Source: Dehalococcoidia bacterium
GTDB taxonomy: Bacteria; Chloroflexota; Dehalococcoidia; UBA2979
Reading direction: 5' to 3'
DNA: 64,000 nucleotides
Assembly: GCA_965219085.1 (NCBI GenBank)
Contig: OZ244720.1
Location: forward strand, 1,696,001-1,760,000
Shown here: positions 1 through 12,700 of the stretch, in pieces
How the letters are laid out: each line of letters opens with the position of its first letter
How positions within the stretch are numbered: position 1 is the stretch's first letter
The notes under the pieces: model-generated
Seen by the model: the letters and a program-made list of their open reading frames with translations, nothing else
What the model was told of the DNA's origin: nothing
The model's database searches: none
Translations under genes and position numbers: made by a program

Positions 1-740
1 CTTGAGAGCACGTCGCGCGCGTCGTCGACCAGGCCGTGGCGGCGGGAGCGCCCACGCCGCGAGCCCGCGCTCGAGGGGCCCTGGTTCGCGGGCTCTTCAG
101 TCTCGTGCTCATCCACACCCGCCGGCTGCGCATACACGATGGACTCGGCCGTCCGGGGCGCGCGCCGTGGCCGAGCCCGCGCAGGCGCGCCACTCTCGGG
201 CTCCGACGCCGGTACGGACTCCTCGCCGTCCTCGGGCTGCTCGGCAGGCGGAGGGAGTTGCATCAGCGACTGCACCTGCATCTGCACGTTGCCGAGCAAC
301 CGGCGCAGCTCCGCGCGCTCGGTCGCGGCCTCGCGCTGCGCCTCGATCGCGCCGTCGAGCTGGCGTTCGAGCCGCCCAATCTCGCGTTCGAGGCCCACCC
401 GGCGCTCCCGAGCCGACAGCAGCAGCTGGTCGCGGTGCGCGATCTCGAGCCGCAGCCGCTCGATCTCCGCGGAGGCGGCGGTGACCACCGGCTGAGGCGG
501 CGACGCCGCCGGAGCCGCGAACACCGGCGCGGGCCGGGGATCGGGCTGGACCGGGGACGACGAGGCCGGCTCCGGCGCGGGATCGGCCTCCGCAGCGGTG
601 GGCGGCTCCGGCGCTGCGTCGGGTTCAGCCGGCACGGGCGCGTCGGGTGTGGGATCGGGCTCCGCCGAGGCCGCGGGCGCGGGCTCCGGCTCGACGCTGT
701 CGTCGGCGATGTCGTGGGGGAGGGCTTCGCTGTCCGTCAT
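1..740 (-). CDS. Hypothetical Pro/Ala-rich protein with a central coiled coil (3' end runs off the window)
   Basis: ATG at 740 (CAT 738-740) opens a frame with no stop to the window edge: MTDSEALPHDIADDSVEPEPAP...EIERLRLEIAHRDQLLLSARERRVGLEREIGRLERQL; absent from the ORF track because it is truncated. Confidence 0.6.
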   Translation of the reverse strand, partial: MTDSEALPHDIADDSVEPEPAPAASAEPDPTPDAPVPAEPDAAPEPPTAAEADPAPEPASSSPVQPDPRPAPVFAAPAASPPQPVVTAASAEIERLRLEIAHRDQLLLSARERRVGLEREIGRLERQLDGAIEAQREAATERAELRRLLGNVQMQVQSLMQLPPPAEQPEDGEESVPASEPESGAPARARPRRAPRTAESIVYAQPAGVDEHETEEPANQGPSSAGSRRGRSRRHGLVDDARDVLS

Positions 741-764
741 CTCGGCCGGGATGGTACACGGCCT

Positions 765-1817
765 CTACGCGTCCGGGCGCGCCGCGGCGACGACCTCCCC
801 GAATCCCGCGCCCTCCGGCCGCCCGAGGCCATCGAGGGTGCACTCGCGCGGATCCTTGTCGGGTCGCCAGCGCTCAAAGCGCGCGGCGTGGCGGAGGCGG
901 CCCCCGGTCGTCTGGTCGTAGCTCACCTCGACCACCACCTCCGGCCGGACCGGCACGAACCCTGCGTCGCGACCCTGCGACCAGCGGCTCTCCATGCCCG
1001 GGTGGCGCGCGTCCTCGCCGAAGCTCGCCTCCGCGCGCAGCGCCCCGAAGCGCGCGAGCAGCGCCACGCGCTCCTCGTCCGCGAACCCCGAGATGTGCCC
1101 CACGAAGTGCATCCGCCCTGCTGCGTCGTACATGCCGAGCAGCAGCGAGCCGATGCGGTCGCCCTCCTTGTGCACCCGGTACCCGCCCACGACGACGTCG
1201 ATGGTGCGGCGGTGCTTGATCTTCAGCATCTCGCGCTTGCCCTCGACGTATCTGCCGTCGAGCCGCTTCGCGACGATGCCGTCGCAGCCCGCCGCCTCGA
1301 AGCGCGCGTGCCACTCCTCGGCGGTCGCGAGGTCGCGCGTCGACGGGGTCAGCGACCACGGTGCGCCGAGGCCCGCGAGCAGGGCGGCGAGGCGCGCGCG
1401 GCGCAGCTCGAACGGCTGGGCGCGCAGGTCCTCGCCACCGATCGCGAGCAGGTCGAAGGCGACGAGCTGCGCCGGCGTCTCCGCCGACAGCCGCTCGATG
1501 CGCGACGCGGCGGGGTGGATGCGCTGCTGCAGCGCGTCGAAGTCCGTTACGTCGCCGGTCACCACCACGATCTCGCCGTCGACGACGGTGCCCCCGGGCA
1601 GTGCGTCGAGGGCGTCGCGCAGCTCGGGGAAGTAGCGCAGCAGCGGGCGCTCGTTGCGGCTGTCGAGGCGGGGTTCGCCGTCGGGGCCGACGCTCCAGGC
1701 GAGCGCGCGGAAGCCGTCCCACTTCGGCTCGTAGGCCCAGCCGGGCGGATCGGGGAAGCGTTCGCGGACGCGCGCTTCCATGGGCTTGCGAGGCGCGTCG
1801 AACGGCCACTCGGGCAT
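765..1817 (-). CDS. ATP-dependent DNA ligase (LigC/LigD-ligase type)
   Basis: Motif I YEPKWDGFRA, DGEIV, FDLL, DGIVAKR, and C-terminal OB fold (EVSYDQ...RLRHAARFERWRPDK); start moved to MPEWPF. Confidence 0.9.
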   Translation of the reverse strand: MPEWPFDAPRKPMEARVRERFPDPPGWAYEPKWDGFRALAWSVGPDGEPRLDSRNERPLLRYFPELRDALDALPGGTVVDGEIVVVTGDVTDFDALQQRIHPAASRIERLSAETPAQLVAFDLLAIGGEDLRAQPFELRRARLAALLAGLGAPWSLTPSTRDLATAEEWHARFEAAGCDGIVAKRLDGRYVEGKREMLKIKHRRTIDVVVGGYRVHKEGDRIGSLLLGMYDAAGRMHFVGHISGFADEERVALLARFGALRAEASFGEDARHPGMESRWSQGRDAGFVPVRPEVVVEVSYDQTTGGRLRHAARFERWRPDKDPRECTLDGLGRPEGAGFGEVVAAARPDA

Positions 1818-1943
1818 GTGCGGGACGGTAGCATGGCGGCTGCCGGGCGGCGTCGTGCCGGGATCGGCGGCATCACGGCCATATTCCACGCTACAATCTT
1901 GGAGGCGGGCAGTCGCGCCCCCGCGATGAAGGAGCTATTACGA

Positions 1944-3374
1944 ATGACCATCGAGCAGGTCACCCCGAGCTACCAGATCGAGTCGTTTGGCAACCTCGAG
2001 GACTACATGGAGGAGCCCTACGAGGCGATCAACCTCCATAACTTCGAGAAGGTTCCGCAACTCGCCGCCCTCCCGGCCGACCTGCGCTCCGAGATCCGGG
2101 TGGTCGGCAACGTGTTGCCGTTCAAGGCGAACAAGTACGTGATCGACCACCTCATCAACTGGGACAACGTGCCGGACGACCCGATGTACCGGCTCACCTT
2201 CCCGAAGCGCGAGATGCTCGAGCCCGAGGCCTACCGGCGCATCGAGACCATGCTCGATGCGGGCGCCACGGACGAGGAGATGAAGCAGGCCGCCGACGAG
2301 ATCCGGTGGACGCTCAACCCACACCCGGCCGGCCAGATGGAACACAACGTGCCGGCGCTCGACGGCCGCCCACTCAATGGCATGCAGCACAAGTATCGCG
2401 AGACCGTGCTGTTCTTCCCCAGCCAGGGCCAGACCTGCCACGCGTACTGCACGTTCTGCTTCCGCTGGCCGCAGTTCGTCGGCCTCGAGGACCAGAAGTT
2501 CGCGATGCGCGAGGCCACGCTGCTGCGTGACTACGTGGAGGCGCACCCCGACGTCTCGGACATCCTGTTCACCGGCGGCGACCCGCTGATCATGAAGACG
2601 CGCGTGCTGCGCCGCTACATCGAGCCCCTGCTCGAGCCCGGCGCGGCGCCCAACATCTCAACGATCCGCCTCGGCTCGAAGGCGCTGGCCTACTGGCCGC
2701 AACGCTTCGTCTCCGACGACGACGCCGAGGATCTGCTCGATCTGTTCCGCGAGGTGGTGGCCTCGGGCCGGCAGTTGTCGTTCATGGCGCACTTCAGCCA
2801 TCCGGTCGAGCTCGAAACGTCGATCGTGCAGGAGGCGATCCGCGCGATCCGGAGCACGGGCGCGCAAATCCGCACCCAGACGCCGCTGCTGCGGCACATC
2901 AACGCCGACGCGGCCACGATGGCGAGGATGTGGCGGCTCCAGACGCAGCTCGGCTGCATCCCCTACTACCTGTTCGTGGAGCGCGACACCGGCGCGCGGC
3001 GCTACTTCGAGCTACCGCTCGTGCAGTGCTGGGAGATCTTCCGCGAGGCCTACTCCTCGGTCGGCGGCAACTCGCGCACCGTGCGCGGGCCGAGCATGTC
3101 GGCGACGCCGGGCAAGGTGCAGGTGCTCGGGGTGACCGAGGTCGCCGGCGAGCGCGTGATCATGCTGCGCATGCTGCAGGGCCGCAATCCGGAGTGGGTC
3201 GGCCGCCCGTTCTTCGCGAAGTACGACGACAAGGCGAGTTGGCTTGACGCCCTCGAGCCCGCGTTCGGCGAGGAGAAGTTCTTCTTCGACGAAGAGCTGG
3301 ACGAGATGCTGTCCGTCCAGGGCAGCCCGTGGTCGCGCAATGACCTCAGCCTGCCGATGGCGAGCCCCAACTAG
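1944..3374 (+). CDS. KamA-family radical SAM protein (lysine 2,3-aminomutase-like)
   Basis: CxxxCxxC (CHAYCTFC), HKYRETVLFF, ILFTGGDPL, HFSHPVEL, PYYLF, PGKV; AAGGAG upstream of ATG 1944. Confidence 0.88.
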   Translation: MTIEQVTPSYQIESFGNLEDYMEEPYEAINLHNFEKVPQLAALPADLRSEIRVVGNVLPFKANKYVIDHLINWDNVPDDPMYRLTFPKREMLEPEAYRRIETMLDAGATDEEMKQAADEIRWTLNPHPAGQMEHNVPALDGRPLNGMQHKYRETVLFFPSQGQTCHAYCTFCFRWPQFVGLEDQKFAMREATLLRDYVEAHPDVSDILFTGGDPLIMKTRVLRRYIEPLLEPGAAPNISTIRLGSKALAYWPQRFVSDDDAEDLLDLFREVVASGRQLSFMAHFSHPVELETSIVQEAIRAIRSTGAQIRTQTPLLRHINADAATMARMWRLQTQLGCIPYYLFVERDTGARRYFELPLVQCWEIFREAYSSVGGNSRTVRGPSMSATPGKVQVLGVTEVAGERVIMLRMLQGRNPEWVGRPFFAKYDDKASWLDALEPAFGEEKFFFDEELDEMLSVQGSPWSRNDLSLPMASPN

Positions 3375-3406
3375 GCAGGGCGCCGAATCTCGAACCTGGG
3401 CCGATG

Positions 3407-3775
3407 CTAGGCGGGCGAGCCGTCCGGCTCCTCCGTCACCGGGACGCCGGGGATGGGTAAGACCATCTCGGCGTCGCCGGTGTCGAGGCCGCGTGGCTCG
3501 CGGTGCTCGAAGCGGCTGATCGGCACCGCCGGCAACGTCTCGACGTGCGCGCCCGCGCGCACCCCGTACTCGAGCGAGAACTGCGCGATCGCCTGGTTGT
3601 CGTCGGCCTCGACCATACTGATGAAGTCGTAGTGGCCGAGCACCCCGTAGAGGCCGAGGCACTCGACGCCGGGCTGCTCCGTCTCGCGCTCGATGCGTAG
3701 CAGCCGCGCCGGATCCTCGAACGAGGCCTCGCGGCCCTCGGGCGTCAGCGTGATCAGCAGGAAGTACGTCGCCAT
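3407..3775 (-). CDS. GYD domain-containing protein
   Basis: MATYFLLITLTPEG...LYGVLGHYDFISMVEADD...ETLPA, typical GYD-family pattern. Confidence 0.8.
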   Translation of the reverse strand: MATYFLLITLTPEGREASFEDPARLLRIERETEQPGVECLGLYGVLGHYDFISMVEADDNQAIAQFSLEYGVRAGAHVETLPAVPISRFEHREPRGLDTGDAEMVLPIPGVPVTEEPDGSPA

Positions 3776-4085
3776 CGTCGTGCTCCGTCGTCCGCGCGGC
3801 GCGGCACATCACCGCGCCCGTGCTCGCGCGCCATTGTGGCATCCGAGGCCAACTCGCGGGCAGCGATCGCGCGACGGAACGCGCTGGAATGGAGCACAGA
3901 GGGAGCGGCAATGCCGACCCCTCTGGGCTACCGGGCAGGGCTTAGTGCGTAACCTCGGTTAACACGTCCGCCCGGCAGCCCTTCGCTACCGCGTCTCGGC
4001 GGGCTACGCCCGCCCCGCGGACGCCTCGAGCGAGGGCTACGTGTTCGCGTTCCTGATCCGCGCGGTATGTCTCTGGAGTAGGGGA

Positions 4086-4922
4086 CTAGGCAGGTGCCGC
4101 GAGCCCGAGCGCGGCCGCCAAGTCGGCGCGAGGGCTCTCCGACGACCAGCGTATGAGGCCGTCCGAATACTGTTCAAGTGCGTCAATTGTGCTCGGATCC
4201 CAGAGATCAGCGGCCCGGCCCGTGTCGTCCATGACCGCTAAGAATCGGTATGGCTCCCTGGGGGAGAGCACTTCGTTGTGGGCTGCCTGGAAAGCCTCTC
4301 TCACATCCACGATCCGGAAAATAAACCTCTCAGCCTTGCTGGTGAGAACGTTCCGAGAAGTCCCACTGAGTGGCTGGAGCAACGCGTTCGCCGCGCCGTT
4401 GACGTGGAAGCTGAATCTGCGCGGGCCTGTGCGGCCTCGGACAGTCAGATCGCGCTGGTACTGGGCTCCGACGCTGATGAGTTCGACCTCAACACGTTCT
4501 TCGAACCTGACAGTCCCGCGCTCGCGTCGACGGTAAATCAGGTAAGAGGTGTGCTGAGCCGCGCGGGCCACTGCCGCTAGTGTCCAAGCGAAGCTGGGCT
4601 CGTCCGTTTCCAGCAAGATTTCTTCGTCTTCGATGTGAACGCCGAAGGACTCGCCTATCGCATTGAGCTGCTGCTGGAACGGAGCGTTGCGCCGGACCGC
4701 GAGACCGCTCAGGCGAAGGTAGTCGATGGTCTCGCCACCGTCCGTGACTACGAGTCGCCCGTCGGCCCCTTCGTCGATCCGGAGTACGACGGGATCATTG
4801 TCGTGGCGCAAGAACGGAGTGACCACGAAACACGCACCTGCCTGCTCGTACGCCTCGAACTCAGCGGCGAGGTATTCTCTCACCAGCGCTAAGCGTGCTT
4901 CGCAGGATTGATCGGAAGTCAC
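4086..4922 (-). CDS. DUF1828-like protein with a possible C-terminal nuclease-like (DUF1829-type) domain
   Basis: VVTPFLRHDNDPVVL...VTDGGETIDYL N-terminal pattern; C-terminal FEERV...GRTGPRRFSF; sequence visibly more AT-rich than the flanks. Confidence 0.7.
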   Translation of the reverse strand: MTSDQSCEARLALVREYLAAEFEAYEQAGACFVVTPFLRHDNDPVVLRIDEGADGRLVVTDGGETIDYLRLSGLAVRRNAPFQQQLNAIGESFGVHIEDEEILLETDEPSFAWTLAAVARAAQHTSYLIYRRRERGTVRFEERVEVELISVGAQYQRDLTVRGRTGPRRFSFHVNGAANALLQPLSGTSRNVLTSKAERFIFRIVDVREAFQAAHNEVLSPREPYRFLAVMDDTGRAADLWDPSTIDALEQYSDGLIRWSSESPRADLAAALGLAAPA

Positions 4923-5380
4923 GCGCCACCTCCGATGCCTGGCAGTTCAGGGGCATAGCCCCCCGGCTCCTCTATAGTAATCCCGCATTCAGCCAGAAAG
5001 CTCATGAGGATGCTGTCGCGCGAGGCGGTATCGATGTCGGTCGGAATGTAAGCTCGCCGGTCCTCATGCACGTCGTCCCAATCGTGCTTGTGCTCTCCCG
5101 CGATGCGTTGCCCGTCGGGGTTCCGATGTGGCCCCCTGCTCTCCCACCGGCGTATGCACACTCCGCGGTAGATGAACGCGCACTTGGTCTCGTACTGCGT
5201 GAAGGTAGCCTCGATTCTCCCGAGGACTGCCATTTGCGGGTCGTTCCGGTCTGGAACGCGCACCGAGAACCTGCACTCGAACTTAGGTGTCCTCCCGGGT
5301 CTACTCGTCCACTCGAACTGCTCCGTGACTTGCTTCGGGACAGCGAGAACCCAAGCGACTTCGTCGTTGGTCAGGGTCAT
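4919..5380 (-). CDS. DUF6978-like hypothetical protein (HxNPDG...HxH)
   Basis: MTLTNDEVAWVLAVPK...IRRWESRGPHRNPDGQRIAGEHKHDW...FLAECGI; GGAGG RBS; 4-nt overlap with the next gene. Confidence 0.7.
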   Translation of the reverse strand: MTLTNDEVAWVLAVPKQVTEQFEWTSRPGRTPKFECRFSVRVPDRNDPQMAVLGRIEATFTQYETKCAFIYRGVCIRRWESRGPHRNPDGQRIAGEHKHDWDDVHEDRRAYIPTDIDTASRDSILMSFLAECGITIEEPGGYAPELPGIGGGA

Positions 5381-5422
5381 TTGCCTCCGCTTGGCGCGCT
5401 CGAAACCGTCACGTACGTACCC

Positions 5423-8107
<2,685 letters not shown>

Positions 8108-8181
8108 ATCGGCTCCGATCAGTTCCGCCGCTATGGTAACGGAAGCCCGCCGCGATGATGGCGGCGGCGGACGGTCGCTGA

Positions 8182-9210
8182 TCAGTCGCCGTCGCCCACG
8201 GGCAACCGTCCGAGGATCGCCTCCACGCGGGGGGCGAAGACTGCCTTGAGCCCCGGGAGGTGGTCGAGCATCCAGACCCTGATCTCCTCCCGTTCCTCGG
8301 GCGGATCGTGGATCGCCCCGTCGCGCCGGATGCTGATGCTGGAGAACGCGTAGGAGTCGTGCCTGCGCCAGTCCAACTCCGGCGACGGGGCGTCCCCCTC
8401 AGCCTGCTCGCGGTCCCCCACGAGTTCGGCGAACTCCGCCTCGATCTCCTCGCGGGCGGCGTGGAGTTCGTCGAAGATGCGGTTAGTTCGCTCGATGTCG
8501 TCCGTGCGGATGTGGAACGTGACCCAGGCGTCGTTCTGTCCCTCGAGGGATACCGCGTAGCCGATGTGCTCCCCGATCGCGGGGGTGAAGAATCGGCCGG
8601 TACGGTCGAAGAGCTGCCGAGCACCGGCGGCGAAGCCCGTCCGCATGAGTTCGGCGGTCAGCGGCTGGAAGAAGTCGTCGTAGAGCTGGCCCTCCTCCGA
8701 CTGGGCGCCGTCGGGCGCCGTGGAGTCCTAGTCCCAGCCGCCGGGCCACACCACCCTGCGAAACCGCGGCTCGAGTTCCGTGGAGCCTTCTCGCCCGACG
8801 ACCTCGACCCGGACGCCGTAGAAGCTGATCCCGTCGCGGGTCCATTCGTTGAGCCGGTGCAGGGCCTCGGCGAGTTGACGCCGGAACTCGGGCGCGACCC
8901 ACACCGCGACGCGTGCATCGCGCCCCGTCGCGTAGGTGAGCAACTGGCCGAGGTGGAGAAGGTCGCTCCACTCCAACTGGTTCTCGATCGCAACCAGCAC
9001 GTCACCGCCGTCCTCGCCGGGCGCCTTCGCCAGGATGTCGAGTAAGTACGGGCCTACCGGCGCCTCTTGCCTGACCTCCTCCAGCGTCAGCCCCAACTCC
9101 GCGCCGAGGGGGTCGAGGTGCTCCGCCAGCCACGGCGTGAAGTCGTACGCCTCGCTGGGCCACATTGAGTGGACGTCGACGCGCTGCACGTCTTCCCCGG
9201 ACGCAGTCAT
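8182..9210 (-). pseudogene. DUF4268-domain protein (N-terminal nuclease-like AIENQL domain) interrupted by an in-frame TAG
   Basis: ORFs 8728-9210 and 8182-8646 are in the same frame, separated only by TAG at 8728-8730 (GGWD*DSTAPDG...); motifs DFTPWL, LDILA, AIENQL, HLGQLLTYA, ELDW. Confidence 0.75.
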
Positions 9211-9216
9211 GGCGGT

Positions 9217-9597
9217 CTACCCTTCTCGCCGGCCGCTGTCGCCGCCGCGCACGACAAAGTCGCGGCGGTCGCGGTAGAGCAGCGCGCGGTTGAGCACGTA
9301 GTCGTCGGCCTTGAGGTCGATCTCCGCGCAGTCGGTCATCGTCCAGTACTTGTGTGCGCCCAGGAAGAGATAGTCGCGGGTCTGACCGAAGAAGCGGCCC
9401 TCGACGCCTTCCCCGCGCGCGATGCGACCGCAGAACGCGGCCAGCAGCGCTTGCTGCCCGTCCTGCTTGACGACGACGTACTCATGGGGCCAGGTGTCGC
9501 GGTACGTGACCGCCTCGCGCCACCGAGCGCGCGCGATCAGCGTCATGATGTCGGGGACGGGCTTCTCCGGAGCTTCGAGTTGGTGGCATAGCGGCAT
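9217..9597 (-). CDS. Hypothetical protein (WREAVTY...PHEYVV...KYWTM...LNRA)
   Basis: GAGGGAG RBS before ATG 9597; globular, aromatic-rich composition; stop 6 nt before the DUF4268 start. Confidence 0.65.
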   Translation of the reverse strand: MPLCHQLEAPEKPVPDIMTLIARARWREAVTYRDTWPHEYVVVKQDGQQALLAAFCGRIARGEGVEGRFFGQTRDYLFLGAHKYWTMTDCAEIDLKADDYVLNRALLYRDRRDFVVRGGDSGRREG

Positions 9598-9704
9598 TTC
9601 AGGCTCCCTCGACGGCCGTCGTCGCAGCCCTCTATCCCTATCTGTTCGGCCACAATGGTAGCGAATCGGGGGCACATCCCTCCGGAACACAGCGGAGGCG
9701 GACG

Positions 9705-12700
9705 GTGAGCGCAATCGACATCGAGGAGCGCACGCAGCAGCTCGGTCGCGAGTTGCTCGCGGAGGCCGGGCGCTACCGGCCGGGTGCGGCGGAGCGTGTC
9801 CAGGACTGGCTGCTCGGCCTGACCGCCGCGAACGAGCGCTTCCGGGGCCGCCTGCTGCGCTATCTGGACGTGCTCGCGTCGGTCGACCACGACAGCAGCG
9901 GCGCGGAGGCGAAGCGCCTCGCCGCGGAGTACTTCGGAGACGAGTTCCCGGAGCTGCCGCGCGGGCTGCGCTGGCTGCTGCGGCTCGCGCGCGACGAGCG
10001 CGTGCCCGCGCGCGTCATGGGCGAATCCTCGCGGCGCGCCGCCGAGCTGTTCGCGCGACGCTTCATCACCCCGCCAGGTGTGGACGCGGTGGCCGGGACG
10101 ATCCGGCAGCTGCGCGACCACGGCCGCTTCCCCTCGTTCGACCTGCTCGGCGAGGCCGTGCTCAGCGAACGCGAGGCCGAGGCGTACCTCGCGCGCTACC
10201 TCGAACTCATCGGGCAGCTCGGCGACGACCCCGCGGCGGGCGAGGTGACGCCGGGCGGCGTGTTCGCGCTCCAGGTCTCGCTCAAGCTGTCCTCGCTCAC
10301 CCCACACTTCAGCCCCGTCGACCCCGAGGGCACCATCGCGCGGGCCCGCCCGCCCCTCGAGGCGATCGTGGGGGCGGCCGACCGCGCGGGCGTCGGGGTC
10401 ACGGTCGATATGGAGCAGTTCGAGTACCGCGACCTCACGTGGGAGCTGTTCACCCGCACGTTCGCGCGCGGCGAGCGCTTCGGCGGCTGGCCCGGCGCGG
10501 GGATCGTGCTCCAGGCCTACCTGCGCGAGGCCGACGCCCACGCGGACGCCCTCGTCGCGTTCGCGCGAGCGCGGGGCGTGCCGTACCAGGTGCGGCTGGT
10601 GAAGGGCGCGTACTGGGACTACGAGACCATCGTCGCCGAGGCGGCGGGGTGGACGCCGCCCGTGTTCACGCGCAAGGCCGCGACCGACGCCGCGTTCGAG
10701 CGCGTGCTCGCTCGGCTCGTCGGAGCGCACCCGGCGCTGCACGTGGCGGTCGGCAGCCACAACGCGCGCGCCCACGCGCTGGCCGAGGCGCTCGCCGAAG
10801 CCTCGGGCCTGCCGGAACGGGCGGTCGAGCACCAGACGCTGTTCCGCACCGCCGAGGGCACCAGCCGCGCGCTCGCCGGGCTCGGCTGGGCTGCGCGCGA
10901 CTACGTGCCGTCGGGCGAGCTGCTCCCGGGCATGGCGTACCTCGTGCGGCGCGTGCTCGAGAACTCCTCGCAGGCCGGCGTGCTGCTGGCCAGCCGCACC
11001 GGCGCATCGCCCGAGGACCTGTTGCGGCCCCCGCCCGCGCTCGATCCGCCGCCCCCGCCGCCCGCGCCACCGCACGGCTTCGCGCGGGCGCCCGAGGCGC
11101 GTTGGTTCGCTCCCGACTTCCGCGACGCGTTCGCGGCGGCGCTCGACTCGACCCGCGCGCGCTGGGGCGGGCGCTTCCCGTTGCGCGCTGGTGGAGTGGA
11201 CCTGCGGGCCGCCGATACGGTTGCTGTGCGCAGCCCGTCGCGCCCGGATGGCGAGCCGGTGGGGTTCGCCGAGTTCGCAGACGCCGAGGCCGCACGCCGC
11301 GCGATCGCCGTCGCCACCTCGGGGAGCGCCGCATGGGCGGCTACGCCGGTGGCGGAGCGCGCCTCGATCCTGCGCCGTGCGGCTGGCCTCCTCGAGGCGC
11401 GCGGCCACGAGTTCGCCGCGTGGGTTGTGCACGAGGGCGGGCGCGACCGCGCCGGCGCGTGGACGGAGGTCGAGGAGGCCGTCGACTTCCTGCGCTACTA
11501 CGCCGGCCAGGCCGAGGCGCTGTTCGGGGACTTCGGCGACCGCATCGCGCCTCGAGGTGTCGTGGCGGTGATCCCGCCGTGGAACTTCCCGCTCGCCATC
11601 CCGTGTGGGATGACGGCGGCCGCGCTGGCCTGCGGGAACGCGGCGATCCTCAAGCCCGCCGAGCAGACGCCGCTGATCGGCCTGCGCCTCGCGGCGCTGC
11701 TGCACGCGGCCGGCGTCCCGCGCGACGCACTGATCGCGCTCCCCGGCCGGGGCGAGACGGCGGGGGCGGCGCTGGCGGAGAGCCCCGATGTGGCGATGGT
11801 GGCGTTTACGGGGTCGCGCGCTGTCGGCACGCTGCTGCACGAGGTCGTCTCGCGCGTCGAGCCGACCGGCGAAGCCGTGACGAAGACGCTTGTCGCCGAG
11901 ATGGGTGGCAAGAACGCGATCATCGTCTTCCCCGACGCCGACCCCGACGAGGTCGTCGACGGCGTGATGCGGTCGGCGTTCGGCCACGCCAACCAGAAGT
12001 GCTCGGCGGCCTCGCGTGTCCTTGTAGCCGAGTCCGTGTACGAGACGATCCGCGACCGCCTGGTCGAGGCCGCGCGCAGCCTCCGCACGGGACCCGCCGA
12101 CGCGCCCGAGACGCAGATCAACCCCGTCATCGACGCCGAGGCCCGCGCGCGCCTCATGCGCGACGCCGAGGTCGCCCGCGGCGAGTGCGAGGTGCTCCTC
12201 GATCACTTCGAGGAGCCGGCCGCCGACGGCGGTCTGGCGCTCGGCCCGCTCGTCGTGGAGCTGCCCGCGGAGCGGGCGCGCGCCGCGCGCACGACGACCG
12301 AGGAGCTGTTCGGCCCGATCCTCGCGCTGATCCCGTTCGCGACCGAGGAGGAGGCGTACGCGGTGGCGAACGGGACGGACTACGGGCTCACCGCCGGGAT
12401 CTTCTCGCGCAGCCCCGCGACCATCGATCGCGCCGCACGGGTGATCGAGGCGGGCAACGTGTACGCCAACCGCGCGATCACCGCCGCGCGCGTCGGCGTC
12501 GAGCCGTTCGGCGGGATGAAGATGTCGGGCAGCGGCCCGAAGGCCGGCGGCAGCGACTACCTGTGGGCGTTCGTGTGCCGCAGCGACGCGCCTGCCGACG
12601 ACACCGGCCTGTCCGCGGCGACACCGTCGCGTGTCGCCTCGCCGCCGCCCGACCTGCCGTCAGGCGTCTGGCGCGAACCACTCGACATGCGCGTCGAGGT

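Noticed and set aside
36-1943. 1112-aa ORF 36-3374 as one long fusion protein
   Set aside because: The first 636 codons are antisense shadow of the ligase and the left-edge gene; the real protein starts at RBS-led ATG 1944
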